DNA from: Octopus vulgaris
Lineage: Eukaryota
Reading direction: 5' to 3'
NCBI GenBank assembly: GCA_951406725.2
Contig: OX597833.1
Coordinates: forward strand, 62,310,001-62,374,000
DNA: 64,000 nt
Part shown: positions 50,709 to 64,000 of the stretch, piece by piece
How the letters are laid out: each line of letters opens with the position of its first letter
Position numbering within the stretch: position 1 is the stretch's first letter
The notes under the pieces: model-generated
What the model was told of the DNA's origin: nothing
Database searches by the model: none
The model's input: only the letters and a program-made list of their open reading frames with translations
Made by a program: the position numbers and the translations under genes

Positions 50709-53307
50709 ATAATAATAATAATAATAATAAATATGATAATCATAATATACATATATAGTTTTCCTGATGCAAAGATGAAGATAGAACTGAAAACATGAGT
50801 ACATTTTTTTTTTGTTTTATTAATATTTTTTTTAATGGAGCCAAAACAAGGCAAGCTATGAAAAAATTAACGATACAGGTCGATGGTTAGAACTATTACT
50901 GGTGTTTCAATATTTCAGATTTAGGACCCCTTCTTCAGGAATTTCCTGAAGAAATATTGAAACATTGCAATATCAGGTAATAGTACTAATTACTAATTTT
51001 TTTTTTTGTTTTGTATAACTTGCATTGTTTTGGCTTTGTAAAAAGAATATTTAAAACATATATATATATATCAGACAGTGCTTCATGAAAACTAGACAAC
51101 TCTTATTACTCAATAATTAATAACCAGCAGAAAAAACAACCGTGGAACAGATTAAACGAGCCCAGGTAACCAGCAGGAGGGACCCCTAAAAAACCATGAG
51201 CAAAAGGGTTAGGTAATATCTGTAGCCTTTGTTGGCCATGTCTGTGAATGCAGTCAGATTATATGTTGATGGTCACTTCTGATAGGACCCTTTGGAAAGC
51301 GGGCATTTCTGAAGATCCTGGCTTGTACACACATACGCAAACACAAACTATACCAAGCTACACATACACACACACACACAGCTGTACCTTAACCTCCTTG
51401 TTTTTCTAAGCTTTTGCCAGAAATATTGAAGATTAGGGTGTGTGTGTGTTTGTGTATATATATGTATATAAATTTGTTGGTGTCATAAATGTAGGGTTAT
51501 ATATATATTATATTTATATTTTATATTTTATCTAGTTTCAGCTCACGAGCTGTGGCCATGCTGGGGTACCGCCATTCGTTGTTTAGCATTTATATAAAAT
51601 AGAGATGGCATCTGTAGAAAAAGAAAATATCCTTATGTTAAGAAATTCAATATTTAATATATGGAAGATTAAAACGCTAATTATATATATCTTTAGAACT
51701 TTCTGGTTCAGAGAGCCGCATGTCATCATGCCCCTTTTCCCCTTCTTTTCCTGAGTCACACTTAGGTTATTGTTGTCCCCACTACATCACTTAAGCAATC
51801 CCTGAGAAATAACCAGCTAATCTCTTTTTATACTCCACAAATCCAGTAAATATAGAAAACTGGGGTTACTGATTTGTATCTCATGTTTTAACATTTTATT
51901 TAAAATATGTATACACATAATTAGTTATTTCTCTGTTTGACTTTAATGTTTGTTCCTTCTCGAGCCATGCCTGGCTCATAAGGGCCGGTTTCCTGGTTTC
52001 CTGGACGGCACGCTGGTCTGTCACAGGTGAGCTGCAAGATGCAGGAGGAAAGAGTGAAAGAATGTTGTGGCGAAAGAGTCAGCAGAAGTTCGCCATTACC
52101 TTCTGCCGGATCCGCGTGGCGCTTAGGTGTTTCGCTCATAAACACACACATCGCTCGGTCTGAGATTGAAATCCACGATCCCTCGACCACGAGTCCGCTG
52201 CTCTAACCACTTGGCCATGTGCCTCCACTCTGTTTGACTTTCTGTCAATGTAGCTCTCTTTTACATTGATTTGGTGATACATAATATTCTGTAAGTCATA
52301 ATATTGATATGGCGAGCTGGCAGAAATGGTAGCACGCTGGGCAAAATGCTTAGCGGTATTTCATCTGTCTTTACATTCTGAGTTCAAATTCCACCGAGGT
52401 CGACTTTGCCTTTCATCCTTTCGGGGTCGATTAAATAAGTACCAGTTACGCACTGGGGTTGATGTAATCGACTTAATACCTATGTCTGTCCTTGTTTGTC
52501 CCCTCTGTGTTTAGCCCCTTGTGGGTAGTAAAGAAATAGGTATTTCATCTGTCTTTAATTCTGAGTTCAAATTCTGCCAAGGTCGATAAATTAAGTACCA
52601 GTTGCATACTGGGGATCGATCTAATTGGCTGGTTTCCTCCCCAAAAGTTACAGGCCTAGTGTCTGGATTAGAAAAAATTATATGGAGAGGACAATAAATG
52701 GTAGAGTTAGTAGCGTGATGGGTAAAATCTTGGTGTTTAGTTAAGACCGTTTACATCTTGAGTTCAAATCTTAGTGGTGTTGATAAATTAATTAGCAGTT
52801 AATTACTGATATAGAAGGGACCTTATTTATCTATATTCTTCTGCTAATATTTATCATTTACATAATAAATCATTACCATCATCATTTTTAATTATCGTTG
52901 CTGTCATTGCAATAAGCACTGGAAGTTGCCAGGTAGTGATATGGTTGCCATGGAGTCAGGTCATGTGGGCTTGCTTGACAGAACCATTTCAAATCCCACC
53001 ACCGAGGTGGACGTGGACGTGGTGGTGGTGGGTGTGTTAGCTTTTCCTTTTCATTTTCTCCGACGTTGAACAAATTTAAATACCAGTCATATATTGAGGA
53101 ACGGCTGTTTACACACACACATCATCCAGAGTGTGGAGCTCTGTGATGACGTGCGATAACATTGTATTATATTTGAGTTACGCTGAACGATAGTACTGCT
53201 GCTGTTGACGATGATGATGATGATGATGATGATAGTAGTGATAACAAGGATACTAATGATGATGATGATGGTGGTGGTGGTGGTGGTGTTGAACAATCTA
53301 AATCAAT

Positions 53308-53472
53308 GTTAAGTTAATTTTTTGGCTCAAAAAGCAAAAAGCAAGGCCATGTAGGGGGACATGGGGTTATGTACAGGGTGGTGTTCATACAAAGAGTTCA
53401 GGCCATTTGTGGTCAAGGGAGACTTTGAACCGAGCGGTCGTCGGCATCTTCACTATCTCGTCCGGCAGCTTA
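53308..53472 (-). mobile_element. Short 5'-truncated copy of the same CR1-like LINE 3' end
   Basis: Reverse complement of about 5715-5875 (agctgccggacgagatagtgaagatgcc...tttgtatga). Confidence 0.7.
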
Positions 53473-53707
53473 TCTATAAACTATATATTGGCACAGTAAA
53501 TTTTAAAAACATTCAGTATTTAAATTAAAATTTAATTAAATTATTTTTTTTCTTAACTGATTCAGTTAAAATACACCTTGATAGTTCACGTTCTCAGAAT
53601 GCCCTCTACTCTTGAAAAACTCTTAGCTAAGCATTAATACCAATGTACTTGACTGCCTCATACACACACTTTCCAAAATTTTAGGCCTTGTACCGATAAT
53701 TGAAAAA

Positions 53708-53743
<36 letters not shown>

Positions 53744-54507
53744 AAGGGTAGTGAGCTGTCAGAATTGTTAGTATGCTGGACAAAATGGTTCGAGACATTT
53801 CATCCACCTTTATGCTCTGAGCTGAAATTCCACCAAGGTGGACTTTACCTTTCATCCTTTCACGCTATAGGCGCAGGAGTGGCTGTGTGGTAAGTAGCTT
53901 GCTTACCAACCACATGGTTCCGGGTTCAATCCCACTGCGTGGCACCTCGGGCAAGTGTCTTCTACTATAGCCTCGGGCTAACCAAAGCCTTGTGAGTGGA
54001 TTTGGTAGACAGAAAGTGAAAGAAGCCCATCGTATATATGTATGTGTGTGTATATGTTTGTGTGTCTATGTTTGTCCCCACCAACATCGCTTGACAACCG
54101 ATGCTGGTGTGTTTATGTCCCCGTAACTTCGTGGTTCGGCAAAAGAGACCGATAGAATAAGTACTAGGCTTACAAAGAATAAGTACTGGGGTTGATGTAA
54201 TCGATTAACCCACTCCCCCGAAATTACAGGCCTTGTGCCTATAGTAGAAAGGATTGCTATTATTATTAGGGTATCCTTGTCCTTAAAAATTACCGTTTCT
54301 ACTAATTATGATGAATAGTGCATTGCAGCCCTTATCAAAACGATAAATTACACCAAACCAAAAGACAAAAAATTTAATTACTTATTTCAATTAATTCTGA
54401 TCTCTTTTTCCCCCGCTCCTCCTTTCTCTTCACCAAAATCTAGAACGTAATAGAAATATTCCAAGGGAGATAATTTTTTTCTATTTGTGTAGTATGACAG
54501 AAAATAA

Positions 54508-54540
<33 letters not shown>

Positions 54541-54810
54541 TATATGTATGTATAGAATATGGGATGACGGCATTAAGCAGTGTGCAAAGGAAATTTATTA
54601 CCAGTTCAAATATGCTTGGGGTATATTTGAACCCATAAGAAAACCATTTACTACTTTTTTATCGTGGGAAAAAATTCTCTTTGTAGACGGGAGTAAACAC
54701 ACTGAGTCAGTTCTCAGAGTTCCCTAACCAGGCTGTTGGATATCTATCTATCTATATATATATGTATATATATATATAATCAAAATAAGCAACAAGGATA
54801 TCCAAAGGTA

Positions 54811-54900
54811 ATGCAGTACGATCGTTTCATGCCACTCCATTTAATTAAGCAAAGCAAGTATTACATCAGTTTTAAAATGTAGACCAATCTTCAGCTGCAT
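54811..54900 (-). ncRNA. Type I hammerhead ribozyme motif, intact core with eroded stem II
   Basis: Minus strand: ATGCAG-CTGAAGA-(about 59 nt)-GAAAC-GATC-GTA-CTGCAT. Perfect 6-bp stem I, palindromic stem III (ACGATCGT), GUA triplet; stem II pairs poorly. Confidence 0.65.
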
Positions 54901-55521
54901 ATAAATATAGAATTTAGTTAAATTGAAAAGATACATTTTTATACTTATTCCATTTACCAACATCACAAAAAGGGTCTATATTTGCTTGTTTCAGCCATAG
55001 TTCTATGGCCCTGCTATTATATATAGGCATGTTGATTGGGACTTAAAGTTTAATTAGCCATCAGCTCTGGCTGGTCCACTCTAAATGTATAAATTTGACT
55101 GTACTTGCAGTCAGTATTGAGTACCTCCACATCACTAAATGCTCCGTTTTTGTTTTTTTTTTCTTAAACTTGCTTTGAAATGATAACCTCAATCAAACCT
55201 AGACAGGCATACTTGTGTGGTATACATCAGAGTTGTTGGTATGTGAATGCATTGTTTGCGTGTGCATGCGTGCGTGCGAGCGTGTGCCCCACAGCTACTG
55301 CTATTTCTAATTATAAACAAGCAGCCTACCTTCCAAGCTACCACCTTCTTCACCTTAATAGTTCGCTGTAACCCTTTCATTGTAGGCCAACAAGTGCAGT
55401 AGAGTAGCGTAGACGTAAGCCCCCCCTACCCCCTCCCCGGTGATATTCAGGTCAAAACAGACCCAGTTCCTATCCCCAGTCGTAGCTGTTTCACTTCTTC
55501 CCATCACATCGCAACACTTGA

Positions 55522-55582
<61 letters not shown>

Positions 55583-56093
55583 CTGTATATGTTTGAGACA
55601 AAAAGAAAACCAAAAAAAAACAGAAAAAAAACTTTGTCGTCGTCATCATTGTAAAACAAGATCATTTTTCTCTTTTTCCATCTGCTAGAAACCTGAGGCC
55701 CTCGTTCTTAACTAGGAAATTATGATTATTATTGTTGTTATTGCTATTGTCATTGTTAAGGCATGAAGGACGGTAGAAGCGTTACGGAGCTGAACTTAAT
55801 GCTTTGTGGCATAGTTACATCCGCTATACAATTTTTTCCGCTGTCTTCGTTTGGAAAAGGACTGAGGCAGTGGTCAAGAACATGAAATAGTAGCGTTTTA
55901 TATATATGATATTAGGGAGTAAATCCAAACTTACAGGGAAAAAATTAGATTTAGGATTAAATCTAATTTTACAGTATAAATATATATATATTAAATTAGA
56001 GATAAAAACCACTATTAGGCAAATCAAACGGTGAAATTGTATTGGTTTATGTTTTTCACTGTTTGATTTGCCTAATAGTGGTTTTATCTCTAA

Positions 56094-56148
<55 letters not shown>

Positions 56149-56527
56149 ATATACTTTGGAGTTGCGCATGAGGTGTGTGTCTGTGTGTGTATATATATAT
56201 GTTTGTACGGAATTATATATATATATGTGCATGTATGTATATACGTGTGTGTGTGAGAGAGAGAGAGAGTGGCAGAATGTCGCAACTTGTAGACCGTTTG
56301 ACACAAAGCACTTCATGGAATTTAGCTGCTTTCTCCCTGGAGTTCTGAGTTCAATCTCGACTGAGGCTGATTTTTAACTTCTCATCGTTCCCAGAGTCGA
56401 TGAAATACCAGTCACCACATCCTGGGGCCTGATGCAAAAAAAAAAAAAATTTGACTAAACCCTCTTTCTGTCTGTGGGGAAAAAAGTTGGTGACTTTGTG
56501 CCAATGTTAAATAATAATGATGATAAA

Positions 56528-56563
<36 letters not shown>

Positions 56564-57673
56564 TCTCTGCTACAGGCAGAAGGCCTAAAGTTTTGGGTGG
56601 AGGAGGATAGTTGAACGTTGACACCCCCATTCTTCAACTGGTACTTTTATTTGATCGACCCTGGAAGAATGAAATGCTAAGTCGACCTCGGCAGTATCTG
56701 AACTCAGAACATGAAACAGCTGCTAAGCATTTTGTCCGGTGTGATAACGATTCTGCCAGCGCGCCACCTTAACGATGATGATAATAATATAATAATAATA
56801 ATAATAATATTAATATTATTATTATGGTTAATGTTGACAGCACAATCTAATGAGGAGAGAGCTGTGTTTTAATCCGACTTTCACTGTACCACACCACCAC
56901 ATCATAACTTCCAGAGGCAAAAATTTCTTAGCGGGATCACATCACGGTCACATCCACTTCCCTCCTCCAACACCTTCCCGCCTCCCCCACTTCTCTCCGC
57001 ACTCCCGCACTGCACCGTGCCCATCCCAACCCCCCTAAACACACACACTTCAGACACAAAAAAAAATGTTTAAAAAAAAAAAAAAGAGAAAAAAAAAGAC
57101 AGAACGTCTTTTTTTTTTTTTTCTAATGGAAAAAGAAGAGAAAAAAAAAACCACACACAAATAACAATTTCTGCCTCTTTTTTTTTTTTTTTTTTGTAAT
57201 TTTATTATTTTTTTTTTTTTTCCATTACCCCCCTTCTGACCCCTTTCTCATGTTTTTTTTTTTTTTTAATTTACCCCTCCCCCACTCATATGTATGCTAT
57301 GGAGACTTTGAAGAGAGAGAGAGAGAGAAAAAAAAAAAAGTACAGCAGAACGTCAAAATAAAATGGACTATGTTTTTTTTTCTATGTACACATTGTGAAA
57401 TGTTTCCTTTCATTATTTTTTCAACTTGTCTTTTGTAAATGCTAATTCCTTCACTTCTTGTTTTATATAAAAAAGAAACATTTCTTTTGTTACTCATTCT
57501 TTAAAAGAAGAAAAATACAATTACACACACACACACACACACATTCACACACACACACACGCACACACACACATAATAAAAGTATGTGGTTATATATGTA
57601 TATTTATATATATATATATATATACATGTGTATGTGTTTGTATGTATATATATATATACACACAAACACACCC

Positions 57674-57726
<53 letters not shown>

Positions 57727-57731
57727 TATAC

Positions 57732-57770
<39 letters not shown>

Positions 57771-57819
57771 TTCACTGCAGTGAATTATTTATGCAGTATA
57801 TATATGTATATATATATAC

Positions 57820-57885
<66 letters not shown>

Positions 57886-58020
57886 GTGTGTGTGTGTGTG
57901 TATGTATGTATACATATTATTAGTGTGTGTACGTGTGCATACATACATATAAATTGTGTGTATATATATATGTATATATATATATACATATACACGCAAA
58001 CATGTGTATGATGTATAGAT

Positions 58021-58057
<37 letters not shown>

Positions 58058-58433
58058 GATAATGGCTGTGTCAATTCCTAAACAATGTTTTGTTTTTCTA
58101 TATAACTTAAAATTTTAAAAAAATAACTGGTTTTTACACACATACACACACAGAATACACACTCACATGAATATGGAGATATCTGTATTATGTAAATATA
58201 TATATATATATATATATATGATGATATATGTATATGTAAGAATAGCATTCGTGAAACCACTTACAAACTCTTACGATATATATTAATGTATTTGTATGTG
58301 TGTGTGTAAACATATACAAATAAATATATATACACACATGTACACACACATACACACCTACCCATATATATATATAATGGATAAAAGCATAAATATACAT
58401 ATATGAAATTATACATGCACACATGTATGTGTG

Positions 58434-58467
<34 letters not shown>

Positions 58468-58527
58468 TATATATATAAATATATATATACACACACGCAC
58501 ACACACATATACATACATGCAAACATA

Positions 58528-58609
<82 letters not shown>

Positions 58610-58890
58610 GTATATATATATGTATATATATATATTTGTACATGCCTTCTCTCAGCAATGATTTTATTTGTGTTTATATATAAGGTAATTTATAAATGAG
58701 TCGAGTTATCATCTGCAAAAATACATGACTCTGCATCATTAACTACACACCTGTGCTATACCTGGAGGCAGAATTTGTTTCATTGAAGAGGAAAAAAAAA
58801 ATGAAATATCTTTAATAAAAATATAATAATGAAATAACAGTATTGAACTTTAAAACATTGTGAATAACCAAAACAAGTGGTGTGTATATA

Positions 58891-58934
<44 letters not shown>

Positions 58935-59558
58935 CACACAGTGTTATAGATCCATTAGAGCCGATCTTACCAATCAGTTTTGCACAGGGCATTAAAACCA
59001 GGTGTTAGATAATAGCATGGTTAAGTAATACCAGATACTCTTCAGAGATGGCAGGTATGGAAAAAAATGTGGCAACTCTCTAACATCTGGTTTTAGTACT
59101 GAGTGCAAAGTTGATTGGCAAGATCAGCTGTAATGGCTCTATAATACTGTATACTGTGATTAATATACCCAATCTATTGACAAATATATATAAGAGCATC
59201 TTTTTTCTGACTTACGGGTTCTTAGACCACTATGTATATATATATATATTATATATGAAATGTAGTGTCACAGACATTGGGTTCCACAGAAAATGTCATA
59301 AATGGTGCTTGACTATCGGCAAATGTGAGAAACGTGAAAAAAAGCTGAAGGAATAAATTTCAGATACATCGTACAAAGAACATACGTCTATGTTTACCTC
59401 GATAGTTCTCTGCTGCAAAGACCTTGTTTCACTTCATGATTTGACTTCATCACATGGAAAGGTAGTGTGTCCTGAATGCAAATTATGCGTAACAGTTGAG
59501 TATAGTAATGTTATGTGTAGCCAAGACAATCTCCTGAATTGAATGGATTTATATCTAA

Positions 59559-59862
59559 CTAGCAGTATCGCCCGGCGTTGCTCGGGTTTGTAAGGGAAAT
59601 AACTATATAAGCATTTTTAGAGAGTTACTTCCCTTATATAACCCGAGCAAAAATCATTAAAAATGCAGAAAAATGATGGTAAATTTTTTTTAAATCGTAC
59701 ACTCATCGTAGACGTGCGCTAATACCCAGAAGGGCTCGATATGAATCATGACTATAAGATACCTGCTTTTGGTTAAACTGCACCGCAAAATGTGGGAGTA
59801 GTTTGGAATCTAAATCGGAGTAGACAGACACACACACATAACTTTAGTTTTACATATAAAGA
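59559..59862 (-). mobile_element. Non-autonomous Helitron (same family as 35523-35914, shorter)
   Basis: A|TC...CCCGAGCAACGCCGGGCGATACTGCTAG|T termini; internal sequence shared with the 35523 copy but without its internal duplication. Confidence 0.85.
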
Positions 59863-60365
59863 TTGGTCTGGTCCTGTACAGTGTAATGAGATGGAAAAGG
59901 AAGAATTTCTAATCCACTTAACTCTGGGTACATTTCAAATGAGTTGGTGTGACTGCGTGGTAAGATGTTTGCTTCTCAACTACATGGTACTGGTACTTCT
60001 ATAGTTTGTGGCTGACCAAAACCTTGTGGATCTAATAAATATACATGTGCGTGTGTATTTATACACATACATTTGTGTATGTGTGTGTGTATATATATAT
60101 ATATATATAGCAAATAAGAAAATGGAGGAGAACAATAGGTGGTTCATCAACTTTTGGACATTAAAATGTTAACTTATTTATTTATTAAACTGATAATTAT
60201 GATAACATACATATATGTATACATGTGTGTGTGTGTATACTTGATTTAGAAACTTTGAGAATGTGAAATAATTCTTTTTAGGAACAGTGAATCTCAAAGG
60301 AAATATTGGAGTTAAAATCCTTTTGGATACATAAATATATATACCTATATGTATATATTTATATC

Positions 60366-60396
<31 letters not shown>

Positions 60397-61132
60397 TTGT
60401 GTGTGTTTTCTACAATTATTTAGTAAGCAGTGCCGATTTTACAAATCTGTGAATAATAATATTTTATGATCTTATGAGTGATCACCTTGCATTGACTAAA
60501 GCAGATAGTCTAATATTGGGGCAGATAAGCCCTTGAAGTAAAAATGTAGGGTTTGTGTACAACAAACCCTACTTTATAAAATTGAGGGTTTATGTGCCCC
60601 AATATTTGACTATCAACGTTAGTCGATGCACAGTGATTACTTAGAAGCTTTAAGCTTATGAAATATTATTATTTACAAATATATATATATATAATATACT
60701 TTATATGTGCGTTAACAAGGCTACCATTGGTTTTCATCATCATCGTTTGACGTCCGCTTTCCATGCTAGCATGGGTTGGACGGTTCGGCTGGAGTCTGGG
60801 AAGCCAGGAGGCTGCACCAGGCCCAGTCTGATCTGACAGTGTTTCTACAGCTGGATGTCCTTCCTAACGCCAAACATTCCGTGAGTGTAGTGGGTGCTTT
60901 TTACGTGCCAGACGAGGCTGGCAACGGCTACGGTCGGTTAGTGCCTTTTACGTGCTAGTGGCACGGAGGCCAGTCGGGGTGGCACTGGCAACGGCCACGT
61001 TCGGATGGTTCCTTTACGTGCCACCGGCACTGGTATCCCAACTACAATTTACAATTTAAGAGGAAAATTTCTCAGCAATTATCAAGCCTGTCAATGGGAT
61101 GTTGGTACTCTTCTTTATCTTGGATGAGAATA

Positions 61133-61181
<49 letters not shown>

Positions 61182-61584
61182 CATTTGTGTTTTGTATTCA
61201 TTGCTATATGCATGTGAGACCTGGCTTACTAATCAGAGACATACAGAAAGACTGGAGAGGTTTCACTAACAGTGTCTCTGCTTTGTGCTGGGTACCCGAT
61301 GGCAAGTGTCTGTAAGTAATGTTGGTGTCCTCACATTCTGTCAGTCTACCAATATAGAATCCCTTGTACTTTAACACCGATTATTATAAAATGGTCATGA
61401 GATCCAAAAATGGTCATGAGATCCACTCTCGGAGTGGTTGGCGTTAGGAAGGGCATCCAGCTGTAGAAACTCTGCCAGATCAAGATTGGAGCCTGGTGCA
61501 GCCATCTGGTTTGCCAGCCCACAGTTAAAATCGTCCAACCCATGCTAGCATGGAAAGCAGACGTTAAACGATGATGAATTAGAA

Positions 61585-63160
61585 AGAAATTTTCCATGTA
61601 TAGAAGCAAAACCTGGAATCGAAGGGCCTTAAAAGTTGATTAGCAAAAACCAAAGTTTTCATAAGCAAAAAACAGACAGAACTCTATTCCTTCAGAAAAA
61701 TGGTCCTGCTTGGTATGTAGGAAAGGTGTCGGCAAGAATTCTGTATGGTGTCTCCAGTGTAAATTTTGGACTCTGAAGAGGTGCAGCGGAATCACAGGAA
61801 GATTAATGGAGAAAATAGTATTTGTATATGGAAGATGTGCAGGAGCAATAAACAAAAGGCCACAGGGAGAATAGATCTAATTAAGTGTGCAGGAGGATCT
61901 TTAGAAGAAATAGCTAGTTTCTGTTACCTAGGTGACCTAATTAGCAGTGGAGGTGGTAGTTTTGAAAGTACAGTTGCTTGAACAGAATTGACAAATAGAA
62001 TAGAATAAGAATAAGGCGGCGAGCTGGCAGAAGCGTTAGCACACCGGGCGAAATGCTTAGCGATATTTCGTCTGCTGTTATGTTCTGAGTTCAAATTCTG
62101 CCGAGGTCAACTTTGCCCTTCATCCTTTCGGAGTCGATTAAATAAGTACCAGTTATGCACTGGAGGGGTGATGTAATCGACTTAATCCGTGTGTCTGTCC
62201 TTGTTTGTCCTCTCTGTGTTTAGCCCCTTGTGAGTAGTAAAGAAATAGGCATTTTGTCTGCTGCAACGTTCTGAGTTCAAATTTCGCCAAGGTCATCCTT
62301 TCGGGGTCGATAAATTAAGTACCAGTTATGCACTGGGGGGTGATGTAATCGACTTAATCCCTTTGTCTGTCCTTATTTGTCCCCTCTATGTTTAGCCCCT
62401 TGTGGGCAATAAAGAAATAAGAATAAGGATTGACCAGAGAAAAATTCAGCCAGCTTTTACCTCGATTAATAATGAAAAGTCTCCCTCACACTGAAAAGCA
62501 GATTGTATGATTCTTCTGTATGAATAGCAATGCTGCATGGTTGTGAAAGGTGGGCCCTGAATGCAGAAGACTTGTGAAGACTAGAAAGAAATGAAATAAG
62601 CATGTTCTGTTGGATGTGCAGCATCAGTGGGCATAAGTGATGAAGTACAAATGTGACAAGTGACAAAACGAGGCAGAAGGGGAATCGGAGATGATGTACA
62701 AGACAGAAGAACACTGCAATGTATATGGATAGAGAGGAGGTCAGCTGTATAAAGAAGTGTTGGTCACTTAATGTGGATGGAGCTTACGGAAGAGAGATCC
62801 AGGAAGATATTGGATGAAGTTGTGAAGGCTTACCACAGGACTTGGAAACTCATGAATGAGATGACAAACGATATGGTATGACTATAAGGCGGCGAGCTGG
62901 CAGAACCGTTAGCACACCTGACGAAATGCGTAGCCGTATTTCGTCTGTCGTTACGTTCTGAGTTCAAATTCCGCTGAGGTCGACTTTGCCTTTCATCCTC
63001 TTGTGATCGATAAATTAAGTACCAGTTACACACTGGGGTCAATGTAAACGACTAAATCCATTTGTCCTTGTTTGTCCCCTCTGTGTTTAGCCCCTTGTGG
63101 GTAATAAAGAAACAGGTATGGTATGACTAGTGATATGTGGTACTCAAAAAGACCTGTCCA
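61585..63160 (+). mobile_element. Degenerate RTE-like LINE ORF2 fragment interrupted by two SINE insertions
   Basis: Fragments CLVCRKGVGKNSVWCLQC...KRCSGITG, FCYLGDLISSGGG and AMLHGCERWALNAEDL*RLERNE across frameshifts; SINEs at about 62014-62425 and 62887-63118. Confidence 0.65.
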
Positions 63161-64000
63161 ACTTAGGCACAATACACACTCTCTCTCTCTCTCTCTACCT
63201 ACCTCTTTGTATCTCTATCTATCTACATCTCTCTATCTTTCTATCTCACTTTCACACACACACACACAACTGGTATCATCACGCTGAATCTCCCTGAGAT
63301 TAAGGGTACACGTTTCTGTGGAGTGCTCAGCCACTTGCATGTTAATTTCATGTGCAGGCTGTTCCATTGATCGCATCAGCTGGGACCCTCGTCATAGTAA
63401 CCGACGGAGTGCTCCTTAATAACATCATCATCATCATCGTTTAGCGTCCGCTTTCCATGCTAGCATGGGTTGGATGGTTCAACTGGGGTCTGGGAAGCCA
63501 GAAGGCTGCACCAGGCTCCAGTCTGATCAGGCAGTGTTTCTACGGCTGGATGCCCTTCCTAACGCCAACCACTCCGTGAGTGTAGTGGGTGCTTTTTACG
63601 TGCCACCCGCACAGGTGCCAGACGGAGCTGGCAAATGGCCACGGACGGATGGTGCTTTTTACATAACTGTTAATTCATTTGCTGGTTTGAATGATAGTCA
63701 ACTTAACGAAATAAACCTGCGATGCAGGATAAATACCCATTGCTTCATGGGTATGTCAACAATATGCAAATAAATTGAACCCATAACCTTACGATCATGA
63801 GCTGAATACCCTAACCGCTAAGCCACATGTCTTCACTACATTATTCCTTATGCCACATATACAAAACTCCTAGCGTATTATCTATCAGATAAAATTTAAG
63901 CTAATTAATGAAGTGTTTTGCTCAAGAACACAACGTGTCACCAGGTCCAGGAATCGAAACCACAATCTTACGATCATGGTGCTGACACCCTAACCACTAA

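Overview
Eukaryotic, AT-rich, repeat-saturated animal genomic DNA. The SINE repertoire and extreme microsatellite load suggest Octopus or another coleoid cephalopod (inference, not verified). The only host gene I can support is the 3' part of a G-protein alpha-s subunit gene (GNAS orthologue) on the + strand: six GT-AG exons (28856-28910, 38584-38657, 39670-39849, 41739-41869, 42905-42972, 46957-47103) that splice in frame to ...[33 protein letters not shown]...[12 protein letters not shown]...NKQD...[32 protein letters not shown] could not find the upstream exons in the window. The rest is intron, 3'UTR or intergenic DNA holding several SINE families, LINE remnants (CR1-, RTE- and R4/Dong-like), non-autonomous Helitrons, piggyBac- and mariner-like MITEs, a tRNA-Leu(TAG) copy with internal micro-duplications, and mini/microsatellites. 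The most striking unexplained structure is a set of short, sequence-diverse, non-coding elements carrying minimal type-I hammerhead ribozyme motifs (CTGANGA...GAAAC-palindrome-GTH), often as head-to-head inverted duplications next to (TA)n tracts. One (40601-41114) joins a tRNA-like Pol III head to the hammerhead and has a 12-bp target-site duplication; two others (49771-49894 and 54811-54900) keep intact catalytic cores downstream of and antisense to the Gs gene. Repeat boundaries are read by eye and approximate; nearly all ORFs in the supplied track are microsatellite or SINE artefacts.
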